A model generated the notes under the pieces. It made no database searches, was not told the origin of the DNA, and was given only the letters and a program-made list of their open reading frames with translations. Of a DNA stretch of 64,000 nucleotides, positions 10,203 through 20,743 are shown in pieces. Location of the stretch: the NCBI GenBank assembly GCA_947499155.1, contig CANMND010000004.1:76633-140632 (forward strand). Direction: 5' to 3'. Both the position numbers and the translations under genes were made by a program. The stretch is from an uncultured Sphingomonadales bacterium (GTDB lineage: Bacteria; Pseudomonadota; Alphaproteobacteria; Sphingomonadales; Rhodothalassiaceae). Within the stretch, counting starts at the first letter, position 1. The number at the start of each line of letters is the position of its first letter.

Positions 10203-11243
10203 TTATATGGCCTGGGGCGTAATTATACGTTTGTGTTCTGGTGCGGCCTTTGAAAGCCATGTGTCTAGCGCAGTAAAGTCCTCGCCTGCAAGATTACGCT
10301 CCAAAAGACTCCAGACACGGGGAATAAGCGCGAGGTAACGGGGCTTTTTATCCCGCCGGTAAAGCCGGGTAAAAATGCCGATAATCTTGGCAGCTCTTTG
10401 TGCGCCCAGCACATGATAGGCCAGCCGGAAAGTCTCCGGATTATGGGGTCGGCCTGCCTTTTCTGCCTGCACCAGATAATGGTCAATCATCGCCTGTTCC
10501 AGCTCAGGTGCCACATCGCGCCGGGCGTCTTGCAGCAAGGAGACAAGGTCATAGGCAGGATGGCCAATGACTGCGTCCTGGAAGTCAAGAAGGCCAACAC
10601 GTGCAACGCCGTCACGATCCGGAAGCCACATCAGATTGTCCACATGATAGTCCCTGAGAACAAGGACTTGGGGGTCATGTTGCAAGGCGGCAAAAAGCGG
10701 TAGCCACAGATCCTTGAATGCGGCCTTTTGCTGGTCGGCTTCGGTGCTGTTGCCAAGTGCCGGCAGATACCAGTCGGTGAAAAGCGATGCTTCTTTTAAA
10801 AGCAGGGCATCATCATAAGGCGGCAGTCGATGCTGGGTTTCTGCGAGTGGTGTTGGGAGTCGTTCGGGGGGGCGAAGGCTATGAAGGGTGACAAGAAGAT
10901 CGACGGCTGCCTTGTAAAGCATGGTCTCCTGATCGGGAAAGTTCGTTACAATGTGATTGAAGCTGTTATCCCCCAGGTCTTCCAGCAATAAAAAGCCGTT
11001 GCAGACATCTCCAGATAGCAGTGCTGGTGCAGACAGGTCTTGCTCTCTCAGATAATTGAGTACGGCAATGAAGGGCCGGACATCTTCCACATCGGGCGGC
11101 GCATCCATTAAAATGGCACGGCGTCCCGCGTCCTTGATGCGCTCGTAGCGTCTAAGCGAGGCGTCTCCAGCTATGGGTGTGCGTGTCGCTCCCTTCCAGC
11201 CGGATTGCGCAAGGAAACGATCAATTGCCTCATGTCTGGTCAT
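10203..11243 (-). CDS. amgK: aminoglycoside-phosphotransferase-fold kinase, AmgK-like (anomeric MurNAc/GlcNAc kinase family)
   Basis: APH/choline-kinase fold signatures (LVLRDYHVDNLMWLP...GLLDFQDA). 4-nt overlap with tsaE, directly upstream of the MurU-like gene. Confidence 0.7.
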   Translation of the reverse strand: MTRHEAIDRFLAQSGWKGATRTPIAGDASLRRYERIKDAGRRAILMDAPPDVEDVRPFIAVLNYLREQDLSAPALLSGDVCNGFLLLEDLGDNSFNHIVTNFPDQETMLYKAAVDLLVTLHSLRPPERLPTPLAETQHRLPPYDDALLLKEASLFTDWYLPALGNSTEADQQKAAFKDLWLPLFAALQHDPQVLVLRDYHVDNLMWLPDRDGVARVGLLDFQDAVIGHPAYDLVSLLQDARRDVAPELEQAMIDHYLVQAEKAGRPHNPETFRLAYHVLGAQRAAKIIGIFTRLYRRDKKPRYLALIPRVWSLLERNLAGEDFTALDTWLSKAAPEHKRIITPQAI

Positions 11244-11734
11244 AAGGCCTCATCGCTTTCGTCGGGGAAAAGATGGCCTATCCGCTCTTGCCAGACTTTA
11301 TCCATATTGGCCGTGATTAATCGTGCTTGATCGTTTTTGATGGCAAGTTCCAGAGCAAGATAGTTTTTGGGAAGCAGAGTTTCGGCCCGGTCCGGCCATT
11401 CAAGCAGCATGATCGAGTCGTCAAATGCGTCTTCCAAACCTAATTCCAAGAGATCGGCTGGCCTCTCCAGCCTGTAAAGATCCACATGCCACAGGTCGTG
11501 ACCGTCAGGCAGGTCATAAATCTGGACCAATGTAAAGCTCGGGCTGGGAACAACCAGGTCCGGCTCTTCCATCATGTGCCGAATGATACTGCGCGCAAGC
11601 ACCGACTTCCCGGCACCCAACGCGCCTTTAAAGCCAATGACGTCGCCAGGTTTCAGATGATCGGCCAGACGTGCCCCGAAAAGCTCGGTGTCGCGCTCAG
11701 TGGCACAAAATGAGCGCATCCGGGTAGGAGTCAT
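11240..11734 (-). CDS. tsaE: tRNA t6A37 threonylcarbamoyl-transfer ATPase TsaE
   Basis: ~160 aa with P-loop GALGAGKSVLARS followed by SPSFTLVQIY, the typical TsaE/YjeE layout. Confidence 0.85.
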   Translation of the reverse strand: MTPTRMRSFCATERDTELFGARLADHLKPGDVIGFKGALGAGKSVLARSIIRHMMEEPDLVVPSPSFTLVQIYDLPDGHDLWHVDLYRLERPADLLELGLEDAFDDSIMLLEWPDRAETLLPKNYLALELAIKNDQARLITANMDKVWQERIGHLFPDESDEAL

Positions 11735-11738
11735 TGAC

Positions 11739-14165
11739 CTAGATTACCTTCTTTATGTTGTCATTTGCCTGATGACGCGGGAGACGGCATGTAATCGTAG
11801 TGCCGATATTGGGTGTGGAGACAAGGGTAACGGTGCCATTGTGTAATGTGATGAAGCTTTGAACCAGTGACAGGCCAAGGCCCACGCCCTTGCGTCCATG
11901 CAGGCTGGAGCCGGTACTGAATTTCTTGAACGCCTGCTCCTGGTCATCGCTGCTGATGCCAAGGCCCGTATCATCGACGATCAATTCCACATGATCCTTG
12001 CCTGCTGGTCTTGCTGTAATGCAGACGTCACCACCGGGCGGTGTAAATTTAATGGCATTGCCAACAAGGTTAAAAAGAGCCTGGGTCAGGCGGCGCTGGT
12101 CGCCTTCAATCTGGCCGCAGCCAGGTGCCAATTCGGCCTTTAGTTTCAGACCTGACTTACGGGCTTCTTCGCGGCCAAGAGACAGGCAGTTTTCTACCAG
12201 ATCGACAACTGAAACGGCTTTTATGTCCAGTGTCATGGCCCCGGCTTCAATAACGGCAAGGTCAAGAATATCATCGATGAGGTCACGAAGGTCACCAGCG
12301 GCACTCAGCACATAATCGAGATAGCTGCGCTGCTTTGTGACCAGTGGCCCCGATATTTCACTCATCAGCATTTCCGTAAAGCCGATGATGGAATTAAGCG
12401 GCGTACGCAGCTCATATGACATGTTCGCGACAAATTCGGATTTCAGCCGATCAGCGGTCTCAAGCGCCTCATTTCGTTCACGCAAGGCATGCTCAATACG
12501 GAAACTGTCCGTGACATCGATATAGGTAATCAGGATGCGGCCATCGGGAAGGGGTACAATGGCATAGTCAAGCACAGAGCCGTCAGGGCGATACCAGCGC
12601 CCGGTGTGGCTTTTGCGCTCCTGCATCTGGTGCACGAGATAATGCTTTAATGTAGCCCAGTCGCCTCCCGACTGCAGCAGAGGCCGGGATGCTTCCAGAA
12701 TATCATTATAATGGGGTTCAGTGTGCAGATGCTCCGTATCAAGGTTCCAGATGCGGGCATAATTGGGATTGAACAGTTTAAGCCGTCCATCGCTGCCGAA
12801 CACCGCCACACCTTCATGAAGATTGTTCAGTGTCTCTCTTTGGACGGCGATCAGGGTATTGTAACTGCTTTCAAGTGCAAGCCTGTCTGTCACATCTTCA
12901 AACAGCAGTAAAAGGCCGCCAAGCGGATGGGGTTGGGCCATCATGCGCAAGGTGCTGCTATCGGGCAGGTGCCACATTTCTTCTGTCGGTTCGGGATTAT
13001 TATGCAAGGCAAGATGATCCGAACGCCAGGCGCTAAAATCGGCCTGTTCAGGAAGACGGCGCTTTTCCCGCATCGCCTCGATAAGATTGGCATGGACTGG
13101 ATGTTCGCTTAACCAGTCTTCAGACAGGCGGAACAATCGGGCAAAGGCGCTGTTATAAAACCGGAGTCGCTGTTCTGTATCGAAAATAGCGACAGGACTG
13201 GACAGCTTGTTAAGGGTTTCGCCATGGCCATCAAGAAGGCGGGCCAGCTCAGCCCGCTTTTCTTCCGCTTCTGTGACATCAATCGCAAAGCCTGCAACCA
13301 TGTTATCCAGGGGCACATGTGAGAGAGAAAGCGCTTGTCTTTGGCCTGCGATCACAGCGAAATGCCGCTCTCGAACAGCCTTGTTACCGGTATATGCCCG
13401 CTTGGCACCATCTCTTGATGAACCGGTCAGGGCATTTTCGACAATATCAACTTCATTTCTAAGGACAGTTTCTTCGTCGGGCTGCTCGACCGCTTCTACA
13501 TATGCCCGGTTGGCAAGGATGAGTCGCATATCCCTGTCGCGCAGCCAGACAGGATAAGGCGCTGCATCAATAAGGGCACGCAAGCGTGCTATTTTTGCGT
13601 TACCCTTGGCGTGGACAGTGGCAATATCTGCGGTCTTTGAATGTTCCGCTGTGCGATCTTTGATCCAGAACAGCCGACGCCCCCTTTGTTCCGGGTCTAC
13701 ATAGGCTTCCGCTTCTGACAGGTGCAGAACATGGCCATCCCTGGTCTCAATCACCAGCGGATTTTTGGCATCAGAATTATGCAGCCATTCTGAGAGTGTG
13801 CGCACATCCAGAGTGCCAATGCCGACGTCTTTATCATCTGACACAAGATCATCCAGTGTTGACACCGGCATGGCCAGATGCAGGAAACGATGTGCTTCAC
13901 CGCCCAGAACGCAGCCGCCAAGGCGATCATACAGTAAAAAGCCTGCATCGGCAGTGGACAGAATAGCTTGAGCCGTTGCTTCTTCGCGAGACAAGCGTCT
14001 GGCAATTGCAAGCGCGCGCCAACGCTGCCGCATGGCCCAGAGGGCAAGTCCCATCCACAAAAGCGTTGCACAAAACAGGACAAGCAGCGCAATCAGCCCG
14101 CCCGGCCCGCCTTGTGTCAAGACAGACTCTCCTGTTGTGACAAGCACCGGTATTTGCGGCGCCAT
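11739..14165 (-). CDS. membrane-anchored multi-PAS sensor histidine kinase
   Basis: N-terminal hydrophobic segment, several PAS-like repeats, HisKA H-box (FVANMSYELRTPLNSIIGF) and an HATPase domain (GLGISSDD...GVGLGLSLV). No cognate response regulator is adjacent. Confidence 0.85.
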   Translation of the reverse strand: MAPQIPVLVTTGESVLTQGGPGGLIALLVLFCATLLWMGLALWAMRQRWRALAIARRLSREEATAQAILSTADAGFLLYDRLGGCVLGGEAHRFLHLAMPVSTLDDLVSDDKDVGIGTLDVRTLSEWLHNSDAKNPLVIETRDGHVLHLSEAEAYVDPEQRGRRLFWIKDRTAEHSKTADIATVHAKGNAKIARLRALIDAAPYPVWLRDRDMRLILANRAYVEAVEQPDEETVLRNEVDIVENALTGSSRDGAKRAYTGNKAVRERHFAVIAGQRQALSLSHVPLDNMVAGFAIDVTEAEEKRAELARLLDGHGETLNKLSSPVAIFDTEQRLRFYNSAFARLFRLSEDWLSEHPVHANLIEAMREKRRLPEQADFSAWRSDHLALHNNPEPTEEMWHLPDSSTLRMMAQPHPLGGLLLLFEDVTDRLALESSYNTLIAVQRETLNNLHEGVAVFGSDGRLKLFNPNYARIWNLDTEHLHTEPHYNDILEASRPLLQSGGDWATLKHYLVHQMQERKSHTGRWYRPDGSVLDYAIVPLPDGRILITYIDVTDSFRIEHALRERNEALETADRLKSEFVANMSYELRTPLNSIIGFTEMLMSEISGPLVTKQRSYLDYVLSAAGDLRDLIDDILDLAVIEAGAMTLDIKAVSVVDLVENCLSLGREEARKSGLKLKAELAPGCGQIEGDQRRLTQALFNLVGNAIKFTPPGGDVCITARPAGKDHVELIVDDTGLGISSDDQEQAFKKFSTGSSLHGRKGVGLGLSLVQSFITLHNGTVTLVSTPNIGTTITCRLPRHQANDNIKKVI

Positions 14166-14239
14166 GATGCAGAATTCCCCTCAGCGTTTAGTCGTATATA
14201 CCCGATGTGACGCAGTCTAACCGCTGGCAGGGGATGGAT

Positions 14240-14277
14240 ACAAGACGGGCACTTTCAACTATGCAAGAAAGTGCCCG
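14240..14277 (-). terminator. rho-independent terminator candidate after ahcY
   Basis: Perfect 11-bp stem: CGGGCACTTTC (14246-14256) with GAAAGTGCCCG (14267-14277). A T-rich stretch follows on the minus strand. Confidence 0.6.
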
Positions 14278-14299
14278 GTCTGTTGTATTTTAGCTGATT

Positions 14300-15715
<1,416 letters not shown>

Positions 15716-15729
15716 TCAATGATCAGGGT

Positions 15730-16041
15730 TCAGTCCGGCTCATCGAACCGTTCTTCTACCAGTTTGGAAAGAGCTGTGATGGCCGCTTCCGCATCAGGGC
15801 CGGTTGCGCGCATCACAATATGATCACCCCGCGCCGCCGCCAACAGCATCAAACCCATGATCGACGTGCCGCAGACAGAAATACCATCTTTTTCAACCAG
15901 AATCTTGGCGCTGAACCGTTCAGCCAGCTTGACGAATCGTGCAGACGCCCGCGCATGCAGACCACGATTATTGACCAGCATTACCTGTTTTTCGTGGTCG
16001 TAGACGCCGGGATCACTGGTGTCTGGCGTGGAGAAAGTCAT
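15730..16041 (-). CDS. ptsH: HPr/NPr-family phosphocarrier protein
   Basis: ~100 aa with active-site His context NNRGLHARASA and a regulatory Ser region (GTSIMGLMLL). 4-nt overlap with the upstream EIIA gene. Confidence 0.85.
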   Translation of the reverse strand: MTFSTPDTSDPGVYDHEKQVMLVNNRGLHARASARFVKLAERFSAKILVEKDGISVCGTSIMGLMLLAAARGDHIVMRATGPDAEAAITALSKLVEERFDEPD

Positions 16042-16466
16042 GACCCTGCAATGCCGCTGTCATCTGAATCACCGGCAAGGACCCGGCTTGCTACATTGAT
16101 ATATCGGCGCCCTGCTTCCTGGGCGGCAGCGACCGCCTCTTCCAGGGTGCCTGACGAGCGCACGCTTGCCAGTTTGATCAGCATGGGCAAATTGATCCCG
16201 GCAATCACTTCGACCATTCCCTTGCCCAGCATGGAGATTGCCAGATTGGACGGTGTTCCGCCAAACATGTCGGTCAAAAGTATGACGCCGTCGCCGCTAT
16301 CCACCTCATCGACAGTGCCGAGGATTTCCACCCGCCTTTCTTCCATGTCATCGTCGGGCCCGATGGCGATGGCGCGCACCTGTTCCTGGCGGCCCACTAC
16401 ATGTTCCATGGCAGCAACAAATTCTTCCGCAAGGCGGCCATGGGTTACCAGCACAAGGCCGATCAT
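16038..16466 (-). CDS. manX: PTS EIIA component, mannose family
   Basis: MIGLVLVTHGRLAEEF N-terminus with the catalytic His of EIIA-Man. ~140 aa, overlaps the rapZ stop by 4 nt. Confidence 0.8.
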   Translation of the reverse strand: MIGLVLVTHGRLAEEFVAAMEHVVGRQEQVRAIAIGPDDDMEERRVEILGTVDEVDSGDGVILLTDMFGGTPSNLAISMLGKGMVEVIAGINLPMLIKLASVRSSGTLEEAVAAAQEAGRRYINVASRVLAGDSDDSGIAGS

Positions 16467-17410
16467 GGTGCAGTCCTTTCTTTGCTTTCGTTCGATTTTT
16501 TAACATCTGGATCACCAGTAACAAGGTCCCGGTGAGCGATATTGGCTCTCCAGCCTTTATACCCCAGAACCTTGCCCAGCATTTCGGCAACAAAGACCGA
16601 ACGGTGTCGTCCTCCGGTGCAGCCACAGGCAATCGTTACATAACTTTTGCCCTCATTTTGATAAAGGGGCAAAAGAAATGTCACCATATCGGACAGGCGA
16701 TTGAAAAAGGGAGAGAAATTCGGGTCGGCGGCGACATAGGATGCGACGGACTCCTGTTGTCCTGTCTGGCCCTTAAGGTCGGGATCATAATTGGGATTGC
16801 GCAAGAATCTGACATCAAAAACCAAATCTGCATCACGAGGAACGCCACGGGAAAAGCCAAAAGACATGACGGTGATCGCAAGGCCTGACGATTCTGTCAG
16901 GGCATAACGGGTAATCAGGCGCCGTTTCAGATCATGCACCGTTTGCCCCGTCGTATCATAAACAAAGTCCGCACCACTTTTGACCGGCTCCATGATTTCC
17001 CGTTCGCGGTGGATGCCGTCCAGTACCGGGCGATCAAGAGCATGAGGATGCCGCCTGCGGGTTTCCGAATAGCGCCGTGTCAGCGTCTCATCACTGCAAT
17101 CGAAGAACAATACGCTGATTTCGATATCGCGCCGACTGGCAAGGTCGCGGACCTGTGCCATGAAATCATGCGCCTTGAAGGCGCGGGTGCGGCTGTCCAC
17201 ACATAAGGCGATGGGGCGATTTTCTTCCTGGCCAGATTGTTCAATCCCGGTTTTGAGAAGGCGCAATAATAGGGAGAGCGGCAGATTGTCCACCGCCTCA
17301 TAGCCCATATCTTCAAAGACCTTAAGCGCTGTGCTTTTCCCGGCCCCGTTCATGCCTGTTACAATTACGACCTTCTGTTTGGCTCTGGCAGGGTGTACGG
17401 GTGTGGGCAT
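16463..17410 (-). CDS. rapZ: RapZ/YhbJ-family P-loop RNase adapter protein
   Basis: P-loop VTGMNGAGKSTALKVFEDMGY and a conserved C-terminal GCTGGRHRSV motif. Start trimmed to ATG 17410, just after the hprK stop at 17413. Confidence 0.85.
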   Translation of the reverse strand: MPTPVHPARAKQKVVIVTGMNGAGKSTALKVFEDMGYEAVDNLPLSLLLRLLKTGIEQSGQEENRPIALCVDSRTRAFKAHDFMAQVRDLASRRDIEISVLFFDCSDETLTRRYSETRRRHPHALDRPVLDGIHREREIMEPVKSGADFVYDTTGQTVHDLKRRLITRYALTESSGLAITVMSFGFSRGVPRDADLVFDVRFLRNPNYDPDLKGQTGQQESVASYVAADPNFSPFFNRLSDMVTFLLPLYQNEGKSYVTIACGCTGGRHRSVFVAEMLGKVLGYKGWRANIAHRDLVTGDPDVKKSNESKERTAP

Positions 17411-17412
17411 GA

Positions 17413-17853
17413 TTATAATTTCCCGCCGGAGGTGCAAGTCAGCGCGACTGTTCGAAGAGCGAGTCGAATTTTTGAAGGTGTTGAAGCTTCAAAGGCTGCA
17501 AGGGCGTATGTCGGTACGGATATGCCGGCGATCACGGTAGTCGCAGGCTCGGGCAGGCGATCCACCTTGTCGGCATCGACCAAATCCACCACAAGACGCA
17601 CGATCGCCGATGGAAGGCTGGGCATGCGCATCAGGCCGAGACCGCGAACCTCCAGCAGGTCCTTGAGGCGTTCAGGAGCACTGGCCATCAGGTCATTGCC
17701 CCTGACTGACAAGTCCACATAGTCGTCAGCCACAAGAATGGCGCCTTGATCAATAAGGCGTAAGGCAAGATCCGATTTGCCGCTGCCCGAAGGGCCTCGC
17801 AACAAAACAGCGCCGTGGATATCGTATACGCAACTGGCATGTAATAGTTCCAT
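17413..17853 (-). CDS. hprK: short (C-terminal-domain-only) HPr kinase/phosphorylase
   Basis: MELLHASCVYDIHGAVLLRGPSGSGKSDLALRLI with a P-loop. ~146 aa, i.e. the truncated alphaproteobacterial form. Start trimmed to ATG 17853. Confidence 0.8.
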   Translation of the reverse strand: MELLHASCVYDIHGAVLLRGPSGSGKSDLALRLIDQGAILVADDYVDLSVRGNDLMASAPERLKDLLEVRGLGLMRMPSLPSAIVRLVVDLVDADKVDRLPEPATTVIAGISVPTYALAAFEASTPSKIRLALRTVALTCTSGGKL

Positions 17854-17961
17854 AACTGCCACGGTTGGCGAATTGGGCGTGAAAATCAACAGGCAATCGA
17901 CCAGACAGGGCAAGTTTGGATCGTTGCTGGTCTAAAGGACACAGTCGGAAATATACATATG

Positions 17962-19650
17962 TTATCGGGCTCTTGGAAGGCAGACACGAAAACAGGCACC
18001 CAGGATCTCCGGCTGGACAACCGTTCTGGTGTCGTCTTCCTTGTCTTTTGTTTCGGGCGCTGTGGTGGTGAGGCGATTTTCTGCCCGGATCGTTCCCTGG
18101 TGGGCCTCAACAATTTGTTTCGATATGGAAAGGCCAAGCCCTGAATGAATGCCAAAAGCTTCGGGGTCAGGCCGCTCGGAATAAAACCGCTCAAATATGC
18201 GGTCTTCTGCACCTTCAGGCAGGCCAGGGCCTTCATCTTCCACCGTTAGTTCCACCATTGTGCTGTGTCGGGACAGCGACACCCTGATGATGCCACCAGG
18301 AGGGCTGAAGGTGATGGCGTTTTCCAACAGGTTGGCGATCACCTGACCAAGGCGGCTTTCAAGCCCGTGTACCATCATGACGCCAGCTTTTGGCTCGTGG
18401 AAGACAAATTGAGGCAAGGCCCGATCATCACGGGCGCGGTGAGCATCAACCAGCATGGCAACAAGACTTCCCATATCCACAGGCTCCATGCGTGAACGAG
18501 TCAGTTCCGCATCCAGTCTGGATGCATCAGATATATCTGTAATGAGCCGATTCAAACGCCTCACATCTTCTGTGATAATGGCAAGCAGTTGTTCTTTCAC
18601 TTCGGGCTTGTCCGTGCGGCCAAGGGATTCAACGGCTGAACGGAGCGACGACAGCGGGTTTTTAAGCTCATGGGAGACATCTGCGGCGAAGGCCTCAATC
18701 GCATCGATCTGATGGTACAGGGCCTGGGTCATGTCAGACAGTGCTAGGGACAAGTCGCCGATTTCATCATTGCGGCGCAGGGTCAGCATTCTGGATTCTC
18801 GACCAATGCCGTGTCGTACCCGTTCAGCAGCGGCTGCAAGTTGCCTGATCGGGCGTGCAATGGTGGATGCGAGGAAAATTGACAACAGCAAGGTGGTCCC
18901 CAGAGCCCCTGCGAAAACTTTCAGTATCATGATCTGCTCAGAACGCACGATACTTTCGATATCACGGGTATCTGCTGTGACCATGAGGGCGCCAAGTACC
19001 CGGCGGAACCTCTGGACGGGAAAGGCGGCAGAGAGCAAGAGCGTGTCACTTTCTAGCAGGCGAACCTGATAGGACTGCTCGCCCGCCAGCGCTGATATGA
19101 CCTCGATATAATCACTGGCCTTTTGTTCCGGGACTTCATTATAGGCAGGCACCTCCGGTGGCTCAGACACCAGATCAAGGAATACGTTGACAATATCAAG
19201 CAGCCGTTCGCTCAGGGGTTTTTTCAGATTGAGTGGCGGCAAGGGCTCTGCCATGACCGAGCGGCTGGATGCGAGAAAACGACTGTCCACCATCAGTTCG
19301 CCGTCCAGGTCAAACAAACGTGCCCGCGTCTCGGACGGGCCGACCAGACGGGCAATGATCAGCCGGGCTTCCGGTGCATCAATGGTGCTTGCTTCAGGTC
19401 CTGCAGTTGCTGATTCACCAATGGCTGCGGCAAGAATCTCCGCCTCCACCATCAATCGTTCGATGCGTCGGGATATCAGATTGTCGCGAAATTCGGTCAG
19501 ATAGAAAATGCCGCCGACTATGATCATCAGCGCAATCAGGTTGATCGCCAGAATTCGGCGCACCAGTGGCGATATGGGCCCCCGCCAGCGCCGGCGTGTC
19601 GATCGGGGTGGTGGCTGCTCGTCTGCTATCTGTGTTGTTTGACTAGCCAC
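17962..19650 (-). CDS. chvG: ChvG/ExoS/BvrS-type sensor histidine kinase
   Basis: Two TM segments flanking a periplasmic domain, HAMP, H-box FAADVSHELKNPLSSL, and HATPase GLGLSISKQIVEAHQG. Immediately downstream of chvI and in the conserved hprK/pckA neighbourhood. Confidence 0.85.
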   Translation of the reverse strand: MASQTTQIADEQPPPRSTRRRWRGPISPLVRRILAINLIALMIIVGGIFYLTEFRDNLISRRIERLMVEAEILAAAIGESATAGPEASTIDAPEARLIIARLVGPSETRARLFDLDGELMVDSRFLASSRSVMAEPLPPLNLKKPLSERLLDIVNVFLDLVSEPPEVPAYNEVPEQKASDYIEVISALAGEQSYQVRLLESDTLLLSAAFPVQRFRRVLGALMVTADTRDIESIVRSEQIMILKVFAGALGTTLLLSIFLASTIARPIRQLAAAAERVRHGIGRESRMLTLRRNDEIGDLSLALSDMTQALYHQIDAIEAFAADVSHELKNPLSSLRSAVESLGRTDKPEVKEQLLAIITEDVRRLNRLITDISDASRLDAELTRSRMEPVDMGSLVAMLVDAHRARDDRALPQFVFHEPKAGVMMVHGLESRLGQVIANLLENAITFSPPGGIIRVSLSRHSTMVELTVEDEGPGLPEGAEDRIFERFYSERPDPEAFGIHSGLGLSISKQIVEAHQGTIRAENRLTTTAPETKDKEDDTRTVVQPEILGACFRVCLPRAR

Positions 19651-19679
19651 AAGCGCGTCCCCCGATTATGGGCGTCGCA

Positions 19680-20396
19680 TCACGCTTCACGGTATCTGTA
19701 ACCAACACCATAGAGGGTTTCGATGGCCTTGAATTCGTCATCGACCATGCGAAACTTTTTACGCAAGCGCTTGATATGGCTGTCGATGGTGCGATCATCC
19801 ACATAGACATCGTCGGAATAGGCGGCATCCATAAGCTGGTCGCGACTTTTTACATGGCCCGGACGTTGTGCCAGCGTTTCAAGAATCATGAATTCGGTTA
19901 CGGTCAGTGTCACATCCTTTCCACACCAGGTGACCGAGTGGCGCAAGGGATCGAGAATAAGATTACCCCGAATCATGGTGCGGTCTTCTTCACCCGGAGC
20001 AGGCGGTGCCCCGTGAGCGCGAGACTTCATCGCTTCGGTCCGGCGCAGGACGGCGCGTATCCGCTCGATCAGAAGGCGCTGTGAAAACGGTTTGCCGACA
20101 TAATCGTCTGCCCCCATTTTGAGGCCCAGAAGTTCGTCGATCTCATCATCCTTGGAGGTGAGAAAAATGACGGGCATGTCCGTGACTTCACGCAGTCGGC
20201 GCAGCAGCTCCATCCCGTCCATACGCGGCATTTTGATATCCAGAACAGCCAGATCAGCCGGGTTTTCGCCAAGAGCGGCCAGGGCCTTGTCGCCATCAGG
20301 ATAGGTGCGAACCCTGTAACCTTCAGCCTCCAGTGCCACGGTAACTGATGTCAGAATATTGCGATCGTCATCCACCAGGGCGATGGTTGTTTTCAT
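19680..20396 (-). CDS. chvI: ChvI/BvrR-type OmpR-family response regulator
   Basis: Receiver domain [18 protein letters not shown]...[10 protein letters not shown] plus a winged-helix C-terminus (...[11 protein letters not shown]). Start trimmed to ATG 20396; the listed 20522 start is an extension. Confidence 0.9.
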   Translation of the reverse strand: MKTTIALVDDDRNILTSVTVALEAEGYRVRTYPDGDKALAALGENPADLAVLDIKMPRMDGMELLRRLREVTDMPVIFLTSKDDEIDELLGLKMGADDYVGKPFSQRLLIERIRAVLRRTEAMKSRAHGAPPAPGEEDRTMIRGNLILDPLRHSVTWCGKDVTLTVTEFMILETLAQRPGHVKSRDQLMDAAYSDDVYVDDRTIDSHIKRLRKKFRMVDDEFKAIETLYGVGYRYREA

Positions 20397-20743
20397 AAAA
20401 AAGCTCCTGCTTGCATCACTGAGGCCGTATGCTTGCGCAGTGTATAGCGCATTGCGTTGGAAAAGAGGCGTCCCGCCGTGGCAAACACCCTTGATACAGT
20501 CGAAATCTTGCCGGTTTTGCACACTCTTGGCAATGATTTGTCTAATCTATGACTGAGGCTTGATTTCCAAGCGGCTTCGCGTCAGCTTAACCGCGCGGCA
20601 AGGTGCCAGTACAAGGGATGCTGTCACCTTTATTCATCAAGACGCACGCGCATTATTTTGTGCTGCTTGTAACACTATGTAGGGCAGGGCCTGAACAGCT
20701 TTGCATGTGGTGTATCTTTCTTTGACCGGAAAAGGAGCGGGCT

